NCBI GenBank assembly: GCA_963713275.1
Contig: CAVQLG010000013.1
Coordinates: 38,639 to 102,638 of the forward strand
DNA: 64,000 nucleotides
Reading direction: 5' to 3'
Source: an uncultured beta proteobacterium
Lineage (GTDB): Bacteria > Pseudomonadota > Gammaproteobacteria > Burkholderiales > Casimicrobiaceae
How positions within the stretch are numbered: position 1 is the first letter of the stretch; each line of letters starts with the position of its first letter. A model generated the notes under the pieces. The model made no database searches. It worked only from the letters and a program-made list of their open reading frames with translations, and was not told where the DNA came from. This document shows, piece after piece, positions 33,944 to 45,786 of the stretch. Both the position numbers and the translations under genes were made by a program.

Positions 33944-35221
33944 CCGGCGTCGTCATCTTCGGGCTGCTGTGCGCCCTCATGATCACGGGGATGCCGATCT
34001 CGATCGCGCTCGGCCTCACCGTCCTCACCTTCCTCTTCACGATGACGCAGGTGCCGCTGGAATCGGTGGCGCTGAAGCTCTTCACCGGCATCGAGAAGTT
34101 CGAGATCATGGCGATCCCGTTCTTCATCCTCGCGGGCAACTTCCTGACGCACGGGGGCGTGGCCAAGCGGATGATCCGCTTCGCGACCGCGGTGGTCGGC
34201 CACCTGCACGGCGGGCTGGCGCTCGGCGGCGTGCTCGCCTGCGCGCTCTTCGCCGCGGTGTCGGGGTCAAGCCCGGCGACGGTCGTCGCGATCGGGTCGA
34301 TCCTGCTGCCGGCGATGGTCAAGCAGGGCTACCCCAAGAAGTTCGGCGTCGGGGTCATCGGCACCGTCGGGCGCGCTCGGCATCCTGATCCCGCCGTCGA
34401 TCGTGATGGTGATCTACGCGGTGTCGACCAACGCGTCGATCGGCAAGCTCTTCATCGCCGGGATCATTCCGGGAATCATGCTCGCGGCGCTGCTCATGTT
34501 CGTCACCTGGGCGGTGGCGAAGAAGCGCGACTACCCGCGCATGCCCAAGGCGAGCTTCGGCGAGGTCGTCGCCGCGTTCCGCGAGAGCGTCTGGGGCCTC
34601 GCGCTGATCGTGGTCGTCATCGGCGGGATCTACACCGGCATCTTCACGCCGACCGAGGCCGCGGCGATGAGCGCCGCCTACGCCTTCTTCGTGTCTGTCT
34701 ACGTCTACAAGGACCTGACGCTGAAGCAGGTGCCCAAGGTCCTGCTCGATTCGGCCAACCTCTCGGCGATGATCCTCTACATCATCACCAACGCGGTGCT
34801 GTTCTCGTTCCTGCTCACCTCCGAGCAGATCCCGCAGAGCCTGGCCGCGTGGATCAACGACATGGGGCTCTCGCCCTGGATGTTCCTGATGGTCGTCAAC
34901 ATCCTGCTGCTCATCGCCGGCAATTTCATGGAGCCCTCGTCGATCCTGCTCATCACCGCGCCGATCCTGTTCCCGGTGGCGATGAAGCTCGGCATCGACC
35001 CGATCCATCTCGGCATCGTGATGACCGTCAACATGGAGATCGGCATGATCACCCCGCCGGTGGGCCTCAACCTCTACGTCGCCTCGGGCATCGCCAACAT
35101 GGGGTTGACCGAGGTGACCAAGGCCTGCGCGCCGTGGATCCTGGTGATGATCGCCTTCCTGCTGCTCATCACCTACGTGCCGATCATCTCGCTCTGGCTG
35201 CCCAACCTGCTGATGGGTTGA
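33940..35221 (+). pseudogene. dctM: TRAP transporter large permease DctM, frame broken by an apparent 1-nt insertion near 34366
   Basis: MTGVVIFGLLCALMITGMPISIALG……KKFGVGVIGT lies in one frame. SGALGILIPPSIVMVIYAVSTNASIGKLFIAGIIPG… follows in the next frame (ORF 34403..35221). Confidence 0.9.
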
Positions 35222-35426
35222 CGCCGGCGCGGGCCTGACCCGGCGGGCGAGCGCGGCTCCGGCCGGGCTCGGGCTTTGCTTTTCGTCGGGCTTTTCGTCG
35301 GGCAGCGTCTTGGCCCGCCGCGCTTGCGCTGGCCCGGCGGCCGCCCCGCCTGCGGCGCGGGTGCGTCCAGGCCCGGGCCGCGTCCGTCAGGGTCGCGCGC
35401 TGCCGGATGGGCCCGCCGCGGCGAGA

Positions 35427-35435
35427 TGCTATAAT
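35427..35435 (+). promoter_or_regulatory. Extended -10 element (TGCTATAAT) upstream of ndk
   Basis: A perfect TGnTATAAT sits about 40 nt upstream of the ndk ATG, in a locally AT-rich patch of a GC-rich intergenic region. No good -35 is seen. Confidence 0.4.
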
Positions 35436-35473
35436 TTTTCGTTTATTTCCAGTCGCCCTTCGGGAGCCCGAAC

Positions 35474-35899
35474 ATGGCCGTTGAACGCACGCTTTCCATC
35501 ATCAAGCCCGACGCCGTCGCCAAGAACGTCATCGGCAAGATCACCTCCCGCTTCGAGACCAACGGCCTGCGCATCGCCGCCGCCCAGATGCGCTGGCTGT
35601 CGCGCTCCGAGGCCGAAGGCTTCTACGCCGTGCACCGCGCGCGGCCGTTCTTCAAGGACCTGGTCGAGTTCATGATCTCCGGTCCGGTGATGATCCAGGT
35701 GCTCGAAGGCGAAGGCGCGATCGGCAAGAACCGCGACCTGATGGGCGCCACCGACCCGAAGAAGGCCGCCGCCGGCACGATCCGCGCCGACTTCGCCGAG
35801 TCGATCGACGCCAACGCGGTGCACGGCTCCGACGGCCCGGAAACGGCCGCGGTCGAGATCGCGTATTTCTTCCCGGCGCTCGCCGTCTACGCGCGCTAG
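35474..35899 (+). CDS. ndk: Nucleoside-diphosphate kinase
   Basis: [15 protein letters not shown]…, …NAVHGSD… active-site His motif. 141 aa. Confidence 0.97.
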   Translation: MAVERTLSIIKPDAVAKNVIGKITSRFETNGLRIAAAQMRWLSRSEAEGFYAVHRARPFFKDLVEFMISGPVMIQVLEGEGAIGKNRDLMGATDPKKAAAGTIRADFAESIDANAVHGSDGPETAAVEIAYFFPALAVYAR

Positions 35900-35932
35900 A
35901 GCGCCGCCCGGTCGCTGGAGCCACCCCACCCT

Positions 35933-37227
<1,295 letters not shown>

Positions 37228-37231
<4 letters not shown>

Positions 37232-38046
37232 TCTGCCCCCGATCGCGCCCGCGGACGTGGGCGCTCTTGGCAATCACCGTGGCGCTCGCCTGGGGCTGCG
37301 CCTCCAAGCCCGCTTCCGACACCGCCGGACTCCCGCCGCAGCGGGCGCTGCCGCCGGTGAAGCAGCAGGAGGTCTCGCCGAAGGAGCGCGCGCAACTGCA
37401 CGCCGAGCTCGCCGCCGGCTACTTCGAGCGCGGGCAGATGGACGTCGCCCTCGAGGAGGCGAACGAGGCCCTCAAACTCGACCCGAACAACGCCCGCGCC
37501 TGGAACATGATCGGCCTCGTGCACGCGTTCCTCGGCGAGAACCCGAAGGCCGAGCAGGCGTTCCAGCGAGCGCTGCAGATCAGTCCGCAGGACTCCGAGA
37601 TCCGGCAGAATTTCGGGTGGTACCTCTGCACCAACGGGCGCACGCGCGAGTCGATCCCGGAGTTCGAGGCGGCGTTGCGCAACCCGCTCTACAAGTCCGC
37701 CGAGGTCGCGCTGATCAACGCCGGCAAGTGCAGCGCATCGTTCGGCAACGTCGCCCAGGCGGACGCCTACTTCCGGCGCGCGCTCCAGGTTTCCCCCGGC
37801 AATCCGATCGCCGCGTACAACCTGGCGCTGATCGCCTACAAGTCGTCGCGCCTCGACGAGGCGCGCACGTGGATGAAGACCGTCATGCAGGCAGTCAATC
37901 CGCCGCCGGAGGCGCTCTACCTCGGGATGTGCGTGGAGCGCAAACAGGGGGACGCGCAGTCCGAGCTCTCCTACGTGTCGCAGCTGCGCAACCGGTACCC
38001 CGACTCCGCGGAAACCAAAGCCATTGCCACGGGGGGCTGCGAGTGA
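37228..38046 (+). CDS. pilW: Type IV pilus biogenesis/stability lipoprotein PilW (PilF-type TPR protein)
   Basis: Lipobox LAWGCAS. TPR repeats (…[38 protein letters not shown]…). ATGA overlap with the rlmN stop. Conserved rlmN-pilW-rodZ-ispG order. Confidence 0.85.
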
Positions 38047-39026
38047 GCCAGCACGAACGCGAGACGAACACCCCGGCAGCGGCGATCGCACCGGTCACCG
38101 CGGGAGCGCTGCTGCGGGCGGCGCGCGAGCATGCCGGCCTTTCGATCGACGCCGTCGCCCAGCAGTTGAAGCTCGCGCCGCGGCAGGTCAAGGCGCTCGA
38201 GGACGACGATTTCGCGCTTCTGCCCGGGCGCACCTTCGTCCGCGGCTTCGCCCGCAACTACGCACGGCTCGCCAAGCTCGACCCCGACGTCGTGCTGGCT
38301 GCGCTGCCCGGCGGCAACGCCGACGCCGGGCTGGCCGCGCCGACGCTGCAATCGACCGCACAGTCGATCGGCGAGCTGCCGGTGACGCAGGGCTTGCGGC
38401 AGAGCTGGGCGCGCTGGGCCATACCGCTGACGCTGATCGCGATCATCGCCGCCGGCGTCACCTACGAGCTCCTGCGCCCGCCCGCCTCCGCCCCCTCGGC
38501 GCCGTCGGCCGCCCCCGCGCCTGCCCGGGAACCCGCCAGCGAGCCGAAGGCCGCCGAGGCGCCGACCGCAACGGCCGCGCCGGCCGTGACCGCAACGCCG
38601 GCCCCGGGCGCGCCGCCTTCGCCGGGCGCAACTCCGACGGCGGCCGCGCCGGGCATCACCGTGACGGCGCTCCCCAACCCCGTCGCTGCAGCGACGACGG
38701 CACAGGAGCCGGCGGCCGCGAACGCCGCCTCTTCGGCCGCCATGCCGTCGCCCACGACCGCGGCCGAGATCCTGGGCCCGCAGCCCGGGGATCGGGAGCT
38801 CGTCCTGACGTACCGCGACCACTCCTGGACCGAGGTGCGCGACCGCAACGGCCGGCTGCTGCTTTCGGCGATGATGACGCCCGGCAGCCGCAAGGCGCTC
38901 TTCGGCCAGGCACCGTTCGAGCTCGTGATCGGCAACGCGAGCGACGTGACGCTCACGCTCGACGGCAAGACGGTCGATCTCGCTGCGCACACGCGCCAGA
39001 GCGTCGCCCGGATGACGCTGCAATAG
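38043..39026 (+). CDS. rodZ: Cytoskeleton protein RodZ-like (HTH + TM + Pro/Ala-rich linker + DUF4115)
   Basis: XRE-type [60 protein letters not shown]-terminal …[21 protein letters not shown]…. GTG start overlaps the pilW stop (GTGA). Confidence 0.85.
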   Translation: MSQHERETNTPAAAIAPVTAGALLRAAREHAGLSIDAVAQQLKLAPRQVKALEDDDFALLPGRTFVRGFARNYARLAKLDPDVVLAALPGGNADAGLAAPTLQSTAQSIGELPVTQGLRQSWARWAIPLTLIAIIAAGVTYELLRPPASAPSAPSAAPAPAREPASEPKAAEAPTATAAPAVTATPAPGAPPSPGATPTAAAPGITVTALPNPVAAATTAQEPAAANAASSAAMPSPTTAAEILGPQPGDRELVLTYRDHSWTEVRDRNGRLLLSAMMTPGSRKALFGQAPFELVIGNASDVTLTLDGKTVDLAAHTRQSVARMTLQ

Positions 39027-39029
39027 CCC

Positions 39030-40316
39030 ATGCCCGGTCACCTCCGACTCCCGCGCCGGTCGACCCGGCAGGTCGACATCGCCGGTCGCAAGGTCGGCGG
39101 CGGCGCGCCCGTGCTCGTCCAGTCGATGACCAACACCGACACCGCGGACGTGGCCGCGACGGCCGCGCAGGTGAAGGCGCTCGCCGACGCAGGTTCGGAG
39201 ATCGTGCGCGTGACCGTCAACAGCGCCGAGGCGGCAGCCGCCGTGCCCGCGCTTCGCGCCGCGCTCGACGCCCAGGGCTGCGACGTGCCTCTGGTCGGCG
39301 ATTTCCATTTCAACGGCCACAGGCTCCTGACCGAGCACCCGGACTGCGCGCGCGCGCTGGCCAAGTTCCGCATCAACCCGGGCAACGTCGGCACGGGGCA
39401 GAAGCGGGACGCGCAGTTCGCCGTGCTGATCGAGAAGGCGATCGAATTCGGCAAGCCGGTGCGCATCGGCGTCAACTGGGGCAGCCTCGACGCGGCGCTG
39501 CTCGCGCGGCTCATGGATGCCAACGCCGCGCGCGCCGTTCCCCTGCCGGCCGAAGCCGTGATGCGGGAGGCGCTCGTGGTCTCGGCGATCGAGAGCGCCG
39601 AGCACGCCGAGCGACTCGGGCTGCCCGGCGACCGGATCGTCCTGTCGTGCAAGGTCTCCGACGTTCAGGACCTCATCGCCGTCTATGCCGACCTCGCCCG
39701 CCGCTGCGACTACCCGCTGCACCTCGGCCTCACCGAGGCCGGCATGGGCAGCAAGGGCATCGTCGCCTCGACCGCGGCCATCGCGGTGCTGCTGCAGCAG
39801 GGCATCGGCGACACGATCCGCGTGTCGCTGACGCCGGAGCCCAACGGCGAGCGCACGCGCGAAGTCGTCGTCGCGCAGGAGATCCTGCAGGCGATGGGGC
39901 TGCGCTCGTTCGCGCCGATGGTCACGGCCTGCCCCGGCTGCGGCCGCACGACGAGCACGACGTTCCAGGCGCTCGCCGAGACGATCCAGTCGTACCTGCG
40001 CGCGCAGATGCCGGCGTGGCGGGCGCGCTATCCGGGGGTCGCCGACATGCGCGTCGCGGTGATGGGCTGCGTCGTCAACGGCCCGGGCGAGTCCAAGCTC
40101 GCGAACGTCGGCATCTCGCTGCCGGGGACCGGGGAGACGCCCGTCGCCCCGGTCTACGTCGACGGACAGAAGACGGTGACGCTCAAGGGCCATCGCATCG
40201 CGGAGGAGTTCCAGGGCATCGTCGAGGAGTACGTGCGCGCCACCTACGGCGGGGAGCCCCGCACGCCGCGGCTCGACCCGGAGCGCCGGACGATCGCCGT
40301 GAAGGCGCTCACCTAG
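39030..40316 (+). CDS. ispG: 4-hydroxy-3-methylbut-2-en-1-yl diphosphate synthase (flavodoxin)
   Basis: …[14 protein letters not shown]…, …RINPGNVG…, …TACPGCGRT…, …[11 protein letters not shown]…. Confidence 0.96.
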   Translation: MPGHLRLPRRSTRQVDIAGRKVGGGAPVLVQSMTNTDTADVAATAAQVKALADAGSEIVRVTVNSAEAAAAVPALRAALDAQGCDVPLVGDFHFNGHRLLTEHPDCARALAKFRINPGNVGTGQKRDAQFAVLIEKAIEFGKPVRIGVNWGSLDAALLARLMDANAARAVPLPAEAVMREALVVSAIESAEHAERLGLPGDRIVLSCKVSDVQDLIAVYADLARRCDYPLHLGLTEAGMGSKGIVASTAAIAVLLQQGIGDTIRVSLTPEPNGERTREVVVAQEILQAMGLRSFAPMVTACPGCGRTTSTTFQALAETIQSYLRAQMPAWRARYPGVADMRVAVMGCVVNGPGESKLANVGISLPGTGETPVAPVYVDGQKTVTLKGHRIAEEFQGIVEEYVRATYGGEPRTPRLDPERRTIAVKALT

Positions 40317-40330
40317 CGGGGCTCGACGCG

Positions 40331-41620
40331 ATGGCCGAGTCCCTGCAGGCCGTGAAGGGCATGAACGACGTGCTGCCCGCCGAGGCGCCGCTGTGGCAGC
40401 GCTTCGAGGACGTTGCGCAACGCGTGTTCACGCTGTACGGATACCGCAACCTGCGCGTGCCCATCGTCGAGCCCACGGCGCTGTTCGTGCGCGGCATCGG
40501 CGAGCATACCGACGTGGTCGAGAAGGAGATGTACTCGTTCGAGGATCGGCTCAACGGCGAAGCGCTGACGCTGCGCCCGGAGGCGACCGCCGGAATCGTC
40601 CGTGCCGCGATCGAGCACAATCTGTGTTACGAGCGCGCCCAGCGCGTGTGGACCGCAGGTCCGATGTTCCGCCACGAGCGGCCGCAGAAGGGCCGTTACC
40701 GCCAGTTCCACCAGCTCGACGTCGAGGCGCTGGGCTTCGCCGGACCCGACGTCGACGCCGAGCAGATCGTGCTGCTCGCCCGCCTCTGGCGCGAGCTCGG
40801 CCTCGCGTCCGACATCGGCCTGCACATCAACTCCATCGGCGACCCCGACGAGCGTCGCGCGCACCGGCAGGCGCTGATCGATTACTTCGAACGGCACGCG
40901 GAAGAGCTCGACGCCGACGCGAGGCGGCGCCTGCATGCCAATCCGCTGCGCATTCTCGACAGCAAGAACCCCTCGCTGCAGGAGCTCGTCGCCGGCGCGC
41001 CGCGCCTGCTCGACCGCCTGGGAGCACAGTCGCGCGGGCACTTCGACGGCCTGCGGCAGGCGCTGGCCGACCAGGGGATCGCCTTCGAGATCAACGCGCG
41101 GCTCGTGCGTGGGCTCGACTACTACAACCGCACCGTGTTCGAGTGGGTCACCGACCGCCTGGGCGCGCAGGGAACCGTCGCCGGGGGCGGGCGCTACGAC
41201 GGGTTGTTCGAGCAGCTCGGCGGCAAGCCGACGCCGGCCTGCGGTTTTGCGATCGGCGTCGAGCGCATGGTGCTCCTGCTGCAGGAGGCCGCCATCGGGG
41301 CGGCATCCGCCCCGGCGGCGTACGTCGTCCACGCCGGCGAGGGAACGCAGAAGCTCGCCGCGGCAGCGGGCGAGACGCTGCGCGACGCCGGTTTCGCCGT
41401 CGTCGTCAACGCGGGTGGCGGCAGCTTCAAGTCGCAGATGAAGAAGGCCGACGCCTCCGGCGCGCAGTTCGCGCTCGTCATCGGCGAGATCGAAGCCACC
41501 GCCGGCACCGTCGGCGTCAAGGCGCTGCGCGCGAGCGGCGACCAGACAACGGTGCCGCTGGACGGGCTGGCAGAAGCACTCGCCGTGCGCGGCGCGCGCC
41601 CTTTGGGGTCAGAGCCGTAA
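40331..41620 (+). CDS. hisS: Histidine--tRNA ligase
   Basis: [16 protein letters not shown]…, [48 protein letters not shown]. The last 5 codons and the stop lie in the left arm of a 20-bp inverted repeat. Confidence 0.95.
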   Translation: MAESLQAVKGMNDVLPAEAPLWQRFEDVAQRVFTLYGYRNLRVPIVEPTALFVRGIGEHTDVVEKEMYSFEDRLNGEALTLRPEATAGIVRAAIEHNLCYERAQRVWTAGPMFRHERPQKGRYRQFHQLDVEALGFAGPDVDAEQIVLLARLWRELGLASDIGLHINSIGDPDERRAHRQALIDYFERHAEELDADARRRLHANPLRILDSKNPSLQELVAGAPRLLDRLGAQSRGHFDGLRQALADQGIAFEINARLVRGLDYYNRTVFEWVTDRLGAQGTVAGGGRYDGLFEQLGGKPTPACGFAIGVERMVLLLQEAAIGAASAPAAYVVHAGEGTQKLAAAAGETLRDAGFAVVVNAGGGSFKSQMKKADASGAQFALVIGEIEATAGTVGVKALRASGDQTTVPLDGLAEALAVRGARPLGSEP

Positions 41621-41684
41621 TGCTGTTCTAATCATGCAGGCTTGGACTCGACTCGACGGCGAGGAGCATTACGGCTCTGACCCC
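41605..41684. repeat. Perfect 20-bp inverted repeat (ggggtcagagccgtaatgct / agcattacggctctgacccc) around a 40-nt loop
   Basis: Read directly from the sequence: left arm 41605-41624, right arm 41665-41684. It is mirrored in the ORF track as the peptide FGVRAVML on both strands. It overlaps the hisS stop codon. Confidence 0.95.
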
Positions 41685-41711
41685 GAAGGCTCTCCACGAC
41701 AAGGAAACATC

Positions 41712-42449
41712 ATGGCAGTCTACGACCTCGAAGAACAGGAACAGATAGACGATCTCAAGGCCTGGTGGAAACGCTGGGGGAACCTCGTCAGCGCAGCCGT
41801 GATCGCCGTGTGTGTCGGGGTCGTCGGGGTGCAGGGATGGCGCTGGTGGCAACACCATCAGGCCGAACAGGCCTCGGTGCTCTACGGCGCGATCGTCTCG
41901 GCGGCGCGGGGCAACGAGATCGCCAAAGCCAAGGATGCGATGACGCAGCTCGCCGACCGCTTCGGTGGCACCGGGTACGCACCGCGCGGCGCGATGCTCT
42001 ACGCCGCGATGCTGTTCAAGTCGGGGGACACCGCCGGCGCCAAGGCCCAGCTGCAGTTCGCACTCGATCGCTCGGACGAGGACGACCTCAAGCAGATCAT
42101 CCGCTTCCGCCTCGCCGAGGTGCTGTTCGACGAGAAGAAGCACGACGACGCGTTGCGCATCCTCGACGCCCGGCACGATGCGCCCTTCGCCGGCATCTAC
42201 GCCGACCTCTCCGGCGACATCCTCGCCTCGGCCGGACGCAAGGACGACGCCCGGGCCGCCTACCAGACCGCCCTGTCCAAGCTCGACAGCAAGTCGCCCT
42301 ACCGCGCCTACGTGCAGGTGAAACTCGATTCGCTCGGCGGCGCGCCGGCAGCCCCGGCCGCGACCGAGACCACGACCGCACCGGCACCCGCGCCCGCGAC
42401 GGCGCCCACGACCGCGCCCGCCGCGGGGCCGGTGGCCGCACCGAAATGA
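41712..42449 (+). CDS. YfgM-like TPR/membrane-anchored protein (ancillary SecYEG translocon subunit family)
   Basis: MAVYDLEEQEQIDDLKAWWKRWGNLVSAAVIAVCVGVVG…. A single N-terminal TM followed by a TPR-like domain. Sits in the conserved hisS-yfgM-bamB position. Confidence 0.85.
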   Translation: MAVYDLEEQEQIDDLKAWWKRWGNLVSAAVIAVCVGVVGVQGWRWWQHHQAEQASVLYGAIVSAARGNEIAKAKDAMTQLADRFGGTGYAPRGAMLYAAMLFKSGDTAGAKAQLQFALDRSDEDDLKQIIRFRLAEVLFDEKKHDDALRILDARHDAPFAGIYADLSGDILASAGRKDDARAAYQTALSKLDSKSPYRAYVQVKLDSLGGAPAAPAATETTTAPAPAPATAPTTAPAAGPVAAPK

Positions 42450-43645
42450 GGCCCGCCGTGCGGTCCCCGCAGCGCCGACGAATCTGCCGCCTGCGACTCG
42501 CCGCGGTGCTCGCCGGCGCGCTGCTCGCCGGTTGTTCCACGTCGTGGCTTCCGACGATTCCGCCGCCTTCTTTCGGTTGGCTCTTCGGGGCAAGCAAGAA
42601 GCCGGGACCCCTGCCGGACTTCAAGAACACGGCACCCGCGCAAACGGCCTGGCAGGTCCCGATCGGCAAGTCGCGCCCCGGGTTCGCGCCGGATTCCGTC
42701 GGCGACGCGGTCTACGTCGCGGCGCCGGACGGGACGCTCGCGCGCGTCGACGCTGCCAGCGGACGCAGCATCTGGCGCGTCAGCGTCGGCAAGGAGCTGT
42801 CCGCGGGCGTGGGGGCCGACGCCGCGGTCGTCGTCGTCGGGACCGACAAAGGCGAGGTGCTCGCCTACGATCCCGAAGGCAAGCCACGCTGGCAGGCGAA
42901 GGTGAGCAGCGAGGTCGTGAGCCCACCGGACGTCGCCGAGGGCATCGTCGCCGTCTGGTCGGGCGACGGTCGGGTCTACGGCCTCGGCGCGGACGACGGC
43001 ACGAGAAAGTGGGTCTACCAGCGCGTCAACCCGCCGCTGACGGTGCGCAATTACGCCGGGGGCACCACCCGCCGGGGCGGCCTGTTCGCAGGAACGCCGG
43101 GCGGCAAGCTGCTGGCGATGGACCAGGCGACGGGCAACCTCGGCTGGGAGGGCAACGTCGCGACCCCCAAGGGCGCGACCGAACTCGAACGGATCACCGA
43201 CATCACGAGCCTGCCGATCGTGCTCGAGCGGCAAGTCTGCGCCGTCGCGTACCAGGGCCGCGTCGCCTGCTTCGACGCCTCGCGCGGCACGCTGCTGTGG
43301 TCGCGCGACATCTCGAGCCTCGAAGGACTCACGGCCGACGCGCGCACCGTCTACGTGACCGACGACAAGAGCAACCTCCACGCGCTCGACCGCTCGACCG
43401 GCGCCTCGATCTGGAAACAGGACAAGCTCGGCAAGCGCCACATTGGCGGCCCGGTGCTGGTCGGCGACTACGTGGGCGTCGTCGATATCGAGGGCTACCT
43501 GCACCTCATGGACCGTAACGACGGCAGCCTGGTGGGCCGGCACGCGACCGACGGCTCGCCTGCCGCCTCGCAGCCGGTTGCGCTCGGAGAGCGGGCGCTC
43601 TGGCAAAGCCAGGCCGGGACGCTGTTCGCGGTCTCTGTCCGCTGA
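42446..43645 (+). CDS. bamB: Outer membrane protein assembly factor BamB
   Basis: Lipobox LLAGCS. PQQ-like beta-propeller repeats (…DGTLARVDAASGRSIWR…, …LHALDRSTGASIWKQ…). The ATG overlaps the yfgM stop. Confidence 0.92.
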   Translation: MRPAVRSPQRRRICRLRLAAVLAGALLAGCSTSWLPTIPPPSFGWLFGASKKPGPLPDFKNTAPAQTAWQVPIGKSRPGFAPDSVGDAVYVAAPDGTLARVDAASGRSIWRVSVGKELSAGVGADAAVVVVGTDKGEVLAYDPEGKPRWQAKVSSEVVSPPDVAEGIVAVWSGDGRVYGLGADDGTRKWVYQRVNPPLTVRNYAGGTTRRGGLFAGTPGGKLLAMDQATGNLGWEGNVATPKGATELERITDITSLPIVLERQVCAVAYQGRVACFDASRGTLLWSRDISSLEGLTADARTVYVTDDKSNLHALDRSTGASIWKQDKLGKRHIGGPVLVGDYVGVVDIEGYLHLMDRNDGSLVGRHATDGSPAASQPVALGERALWQSQAGTLFAVSVR

Positions 43646-43723
43646 CCACCGTCCGGCACGACGTTCCGGCGGCGGCTCACACCGAGACTCACGACCCGCT
43701 CGCGAAGATTCCTTCACAGGCTC

Positions 43724-44506
43724 TCAGCCGTCGCCCGGCAGCCGACCGAAGCCTGGCAGCTTCAGCGCCGGGGTGTGGACGTCGACGCCGGAAACCAACC
43801 CCAACACGTTGATCTCGAAACCCTCCTCGGCCCCGACGAGCACGCCGAGCAGCCCGTACAACGAGACCTGCACTCCGGTGCGGCTGGGGGTCGCGCCCAC
43901 GATCTCGCCAATCGAGGCGTAGTCCTTGCCGATCGCCGTCGGCGGCAAAGCGAGCTTGAGCTCCGGCAACGCACGCCCCAGATGCGCCAAGAATGTGTTG
44001 CTGTTGGGCCCCGGCCAGGCACGGTACGTTGTCGGATAAGGGTAAGCCGCAACGGCGTCCGGCAGGCGGGCAATGACGGCCGCGGCCGCGGGCCCGCGCA
44101 ACTCGCGGACGAGGCGCGGCGGATTGCCGTACCACTCGGCGTCCGGCGCCCGTCGCTCGGAGATCGAGACGACCGGGCGGCCAGCACCCGCGTACCAGCC
44201 GATCACCTCGTAGCGCGTGTAGCCGGCCGCGCCGGCGGGCTTGGCAGCGAGCCAGGTGTGATCCGCGAACGCCCCTCGCCAGCCGAAGGTCCGCGCCGCG
44301 TAGACCTGCACGATCGCCTCCGGTGCGGCGGCCGGGTCCGGCGCGAGGCCGGTCGACCGATGCGTCGCGGTCCGCCAGTCGGCGCTCGCGGCGGGGCGCC
44401 CCGTCGCCAGCATGAGCAAAGGGCCGGTGAACAGCAGCGCGACGAGCGCCAGCGCGCCCAGCGCGCGACGCCGCCACCGCCGGCCGGGGGTCCGCGTATC
44501 ACTCAT
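43724..44506 (-). CDS. DUF3750 family membrane-anchored protein
   Basis: MSDTRTPGRRWRRRALGALALVALLFTGPLLML TM anchor, then …VQVYAARTFGWRGAFADHTWLAAKP…YEVIGW…WPGPNSNTFLAHL…. ATG 44506 chosen. Confidence 0.7.
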   Translation of the reverse strand: MSDTRTPGRRWRRRALGALALVALLFTGPLLMLATGRPAASADWRTATHRSTGLAPDPAAAPEAIVQVYAARTFGWRGAFADHTWLAAKPAGAAGYTRYEVIGWYAGAGRPVVSISERRAPDAEWYGNPPRLVRELRGPAAAAVIARLPDAVAAYPYPTTYRAWPGPNSNTFLAHLGRALPELKLALPPTAIGKDYASIGEIVGATPSRTGVQVSLYGLLGVLVGAEEGFEINVLGLVSGVDVHTPALKLPGFGRLPGDG

Positions 44507-44805
44507 GCCAGGCGGGCGTCCTGACGGCGACTGCGCCGGCCGTGCTCGCAGGCGCTGCGCGAAATGCGGTCGTTCATCGGAGGGCTCCTCGCGCGACGAG
44601 GGGCGAAGAGTACCACGGCATCCGTCATGCGGCCGACGGCGCCCGCGCCGGCGGCCCGGTGGCTGCGCCGCGCCTGCATCCGGAGCCACGCCGCCCTCGT
44701 ACAATGGGCGAAGCTCGCAAACGAAGCATGGTGTTCGGGAGCGCGACCCCGGCGCCCCCCCGTGACACGAGCGCGCGGGATCAACCCCTCTTGAGGAGGC
44801 ATTGC

Positions 44806-45654
44806 ATGCCCAAGGACCGCCGCGACACAGCCTTCGCCGGAGCGAGCGCTACCCGCCTTGTCGCGCGCCGGTTCGCGCTCCTGGCCGCATTCCTGCTGCT
44901 CGCCTACGGCGGCGTGCTCGTCGCGCTCTACCAGTGGCAGGAAGTGCTGCTGTTCCGCGGGTCGCGGCTCGCCGCCGACCACCGCTTCGACCTGCCGGGC
45001 GTCGTCGAACGCCAGATCCCCGTCGACGGAGCGACGCTGTCCGCGTTGCACCTTCGCCTGCCCTCGCCCGCCGGCGTGGTGTTCTTCCTGCACGGCAACG
45101 GGGGCAATCTCGCCTCCTGGTTCACCGGAACGACGTTCTACCGCCAGGTCAACTTCGACCTGGTGATGATCGATTACCGCGGCTACGGCAAGAGCACGGG
45201 ACGAGTCGAGAGCGAAGCCCAGCTGCGCGCCGACGTGCGTGCCGCCTGGGAGGCGGTTGCCCCGGAATACGCGGGCAAGCGCAAGGTCATCTATGGCCGC
45301 TCTCTCGGCACCGGGCCGGCGGCGATGCTCAGCGCCGAGGTCGCGCCCGACCTCACGGTCCTCGTGTCGCCCTATTGCGCGATGGCCGAGATCGCGCGGC
45401 TGCATTACCCCTGGGTGCCGACGGCCCTGCTCCGCTATCCGCTCGACACCTGCGCCAGCATCGGCCGCATCCCCACCCCGGTCCTGCTGATCCACGGCGA
45501 GCAGGATGCGAAGATCCCGATCGAGCAGAGCGAGCGCCTGCTCGCGCGCGCGCCGGGCGCGCAGCTCCTGCGGATTCCCGCGGCGAGCCACGGCGACGTG
45601 CACCGTTTCGATGCCTACGTGCAGGCGCTGGCGGCGCGCCTGCGTGCGCTGTGA
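44806..45654 (+). CDS. Alpha/beta-fold hydrolase (membrane-anchored serine hydrolase)
   Basis: N-terminal TM FALLAAFLLLAYGGVLVALY. HGNGGN oxyanion region. Nucleophile elbow GRSLGTG. …LLIHGEQDAKIP…ASHGD. RBS GGAGG precedes ATG 44806. Confidence 0.85.
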   Translation: MPKDRRDTAFAGASATRLVARRFALLAAFLLLAYGGVLVALYQWQEVLLFRGSRLAADHRFDLPGVVERQIPVDGATLSALHLRLPSPAGVVFFLHGNGGNLASWFTGTTFYRQVNFDLVMIDYRGYGKSTGRVESEAQLRADVRAAWEAVAPEYAGKRKVIYGRSLGTGPAAMLSAEVAPDLTVLVSPYCAMAEIARLHYPWVPTALLRYPLDTCASIGRIPTPVLLIHGEQDAKIPIEQSERLLARAPGAQLLRIPAASHGDVHRFDAYVQALAARLRAL

Positions 45655-45786
45655 CGGCGCGCTGACGCCGTGCGCGCCCAGGTTTTCCCGTCGCGGGGCG
45701 AACGCACCGGGCGCGCCGGCCGATCGCTGCGGTTCGGGCTTGCGCCGCGGCATGCGGCAAGCGTCGGGCGGGATATACTCCGCGGC

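Noticed and set aside
35278-35301. A 12-nt tandem repeat gcttttcgtcgg x2 between dctM and ndk.
   Set aside because: It has only two copies, no coding potential and no associated hairpin. It is most simply a slippage duplication and is noted only for completeness.
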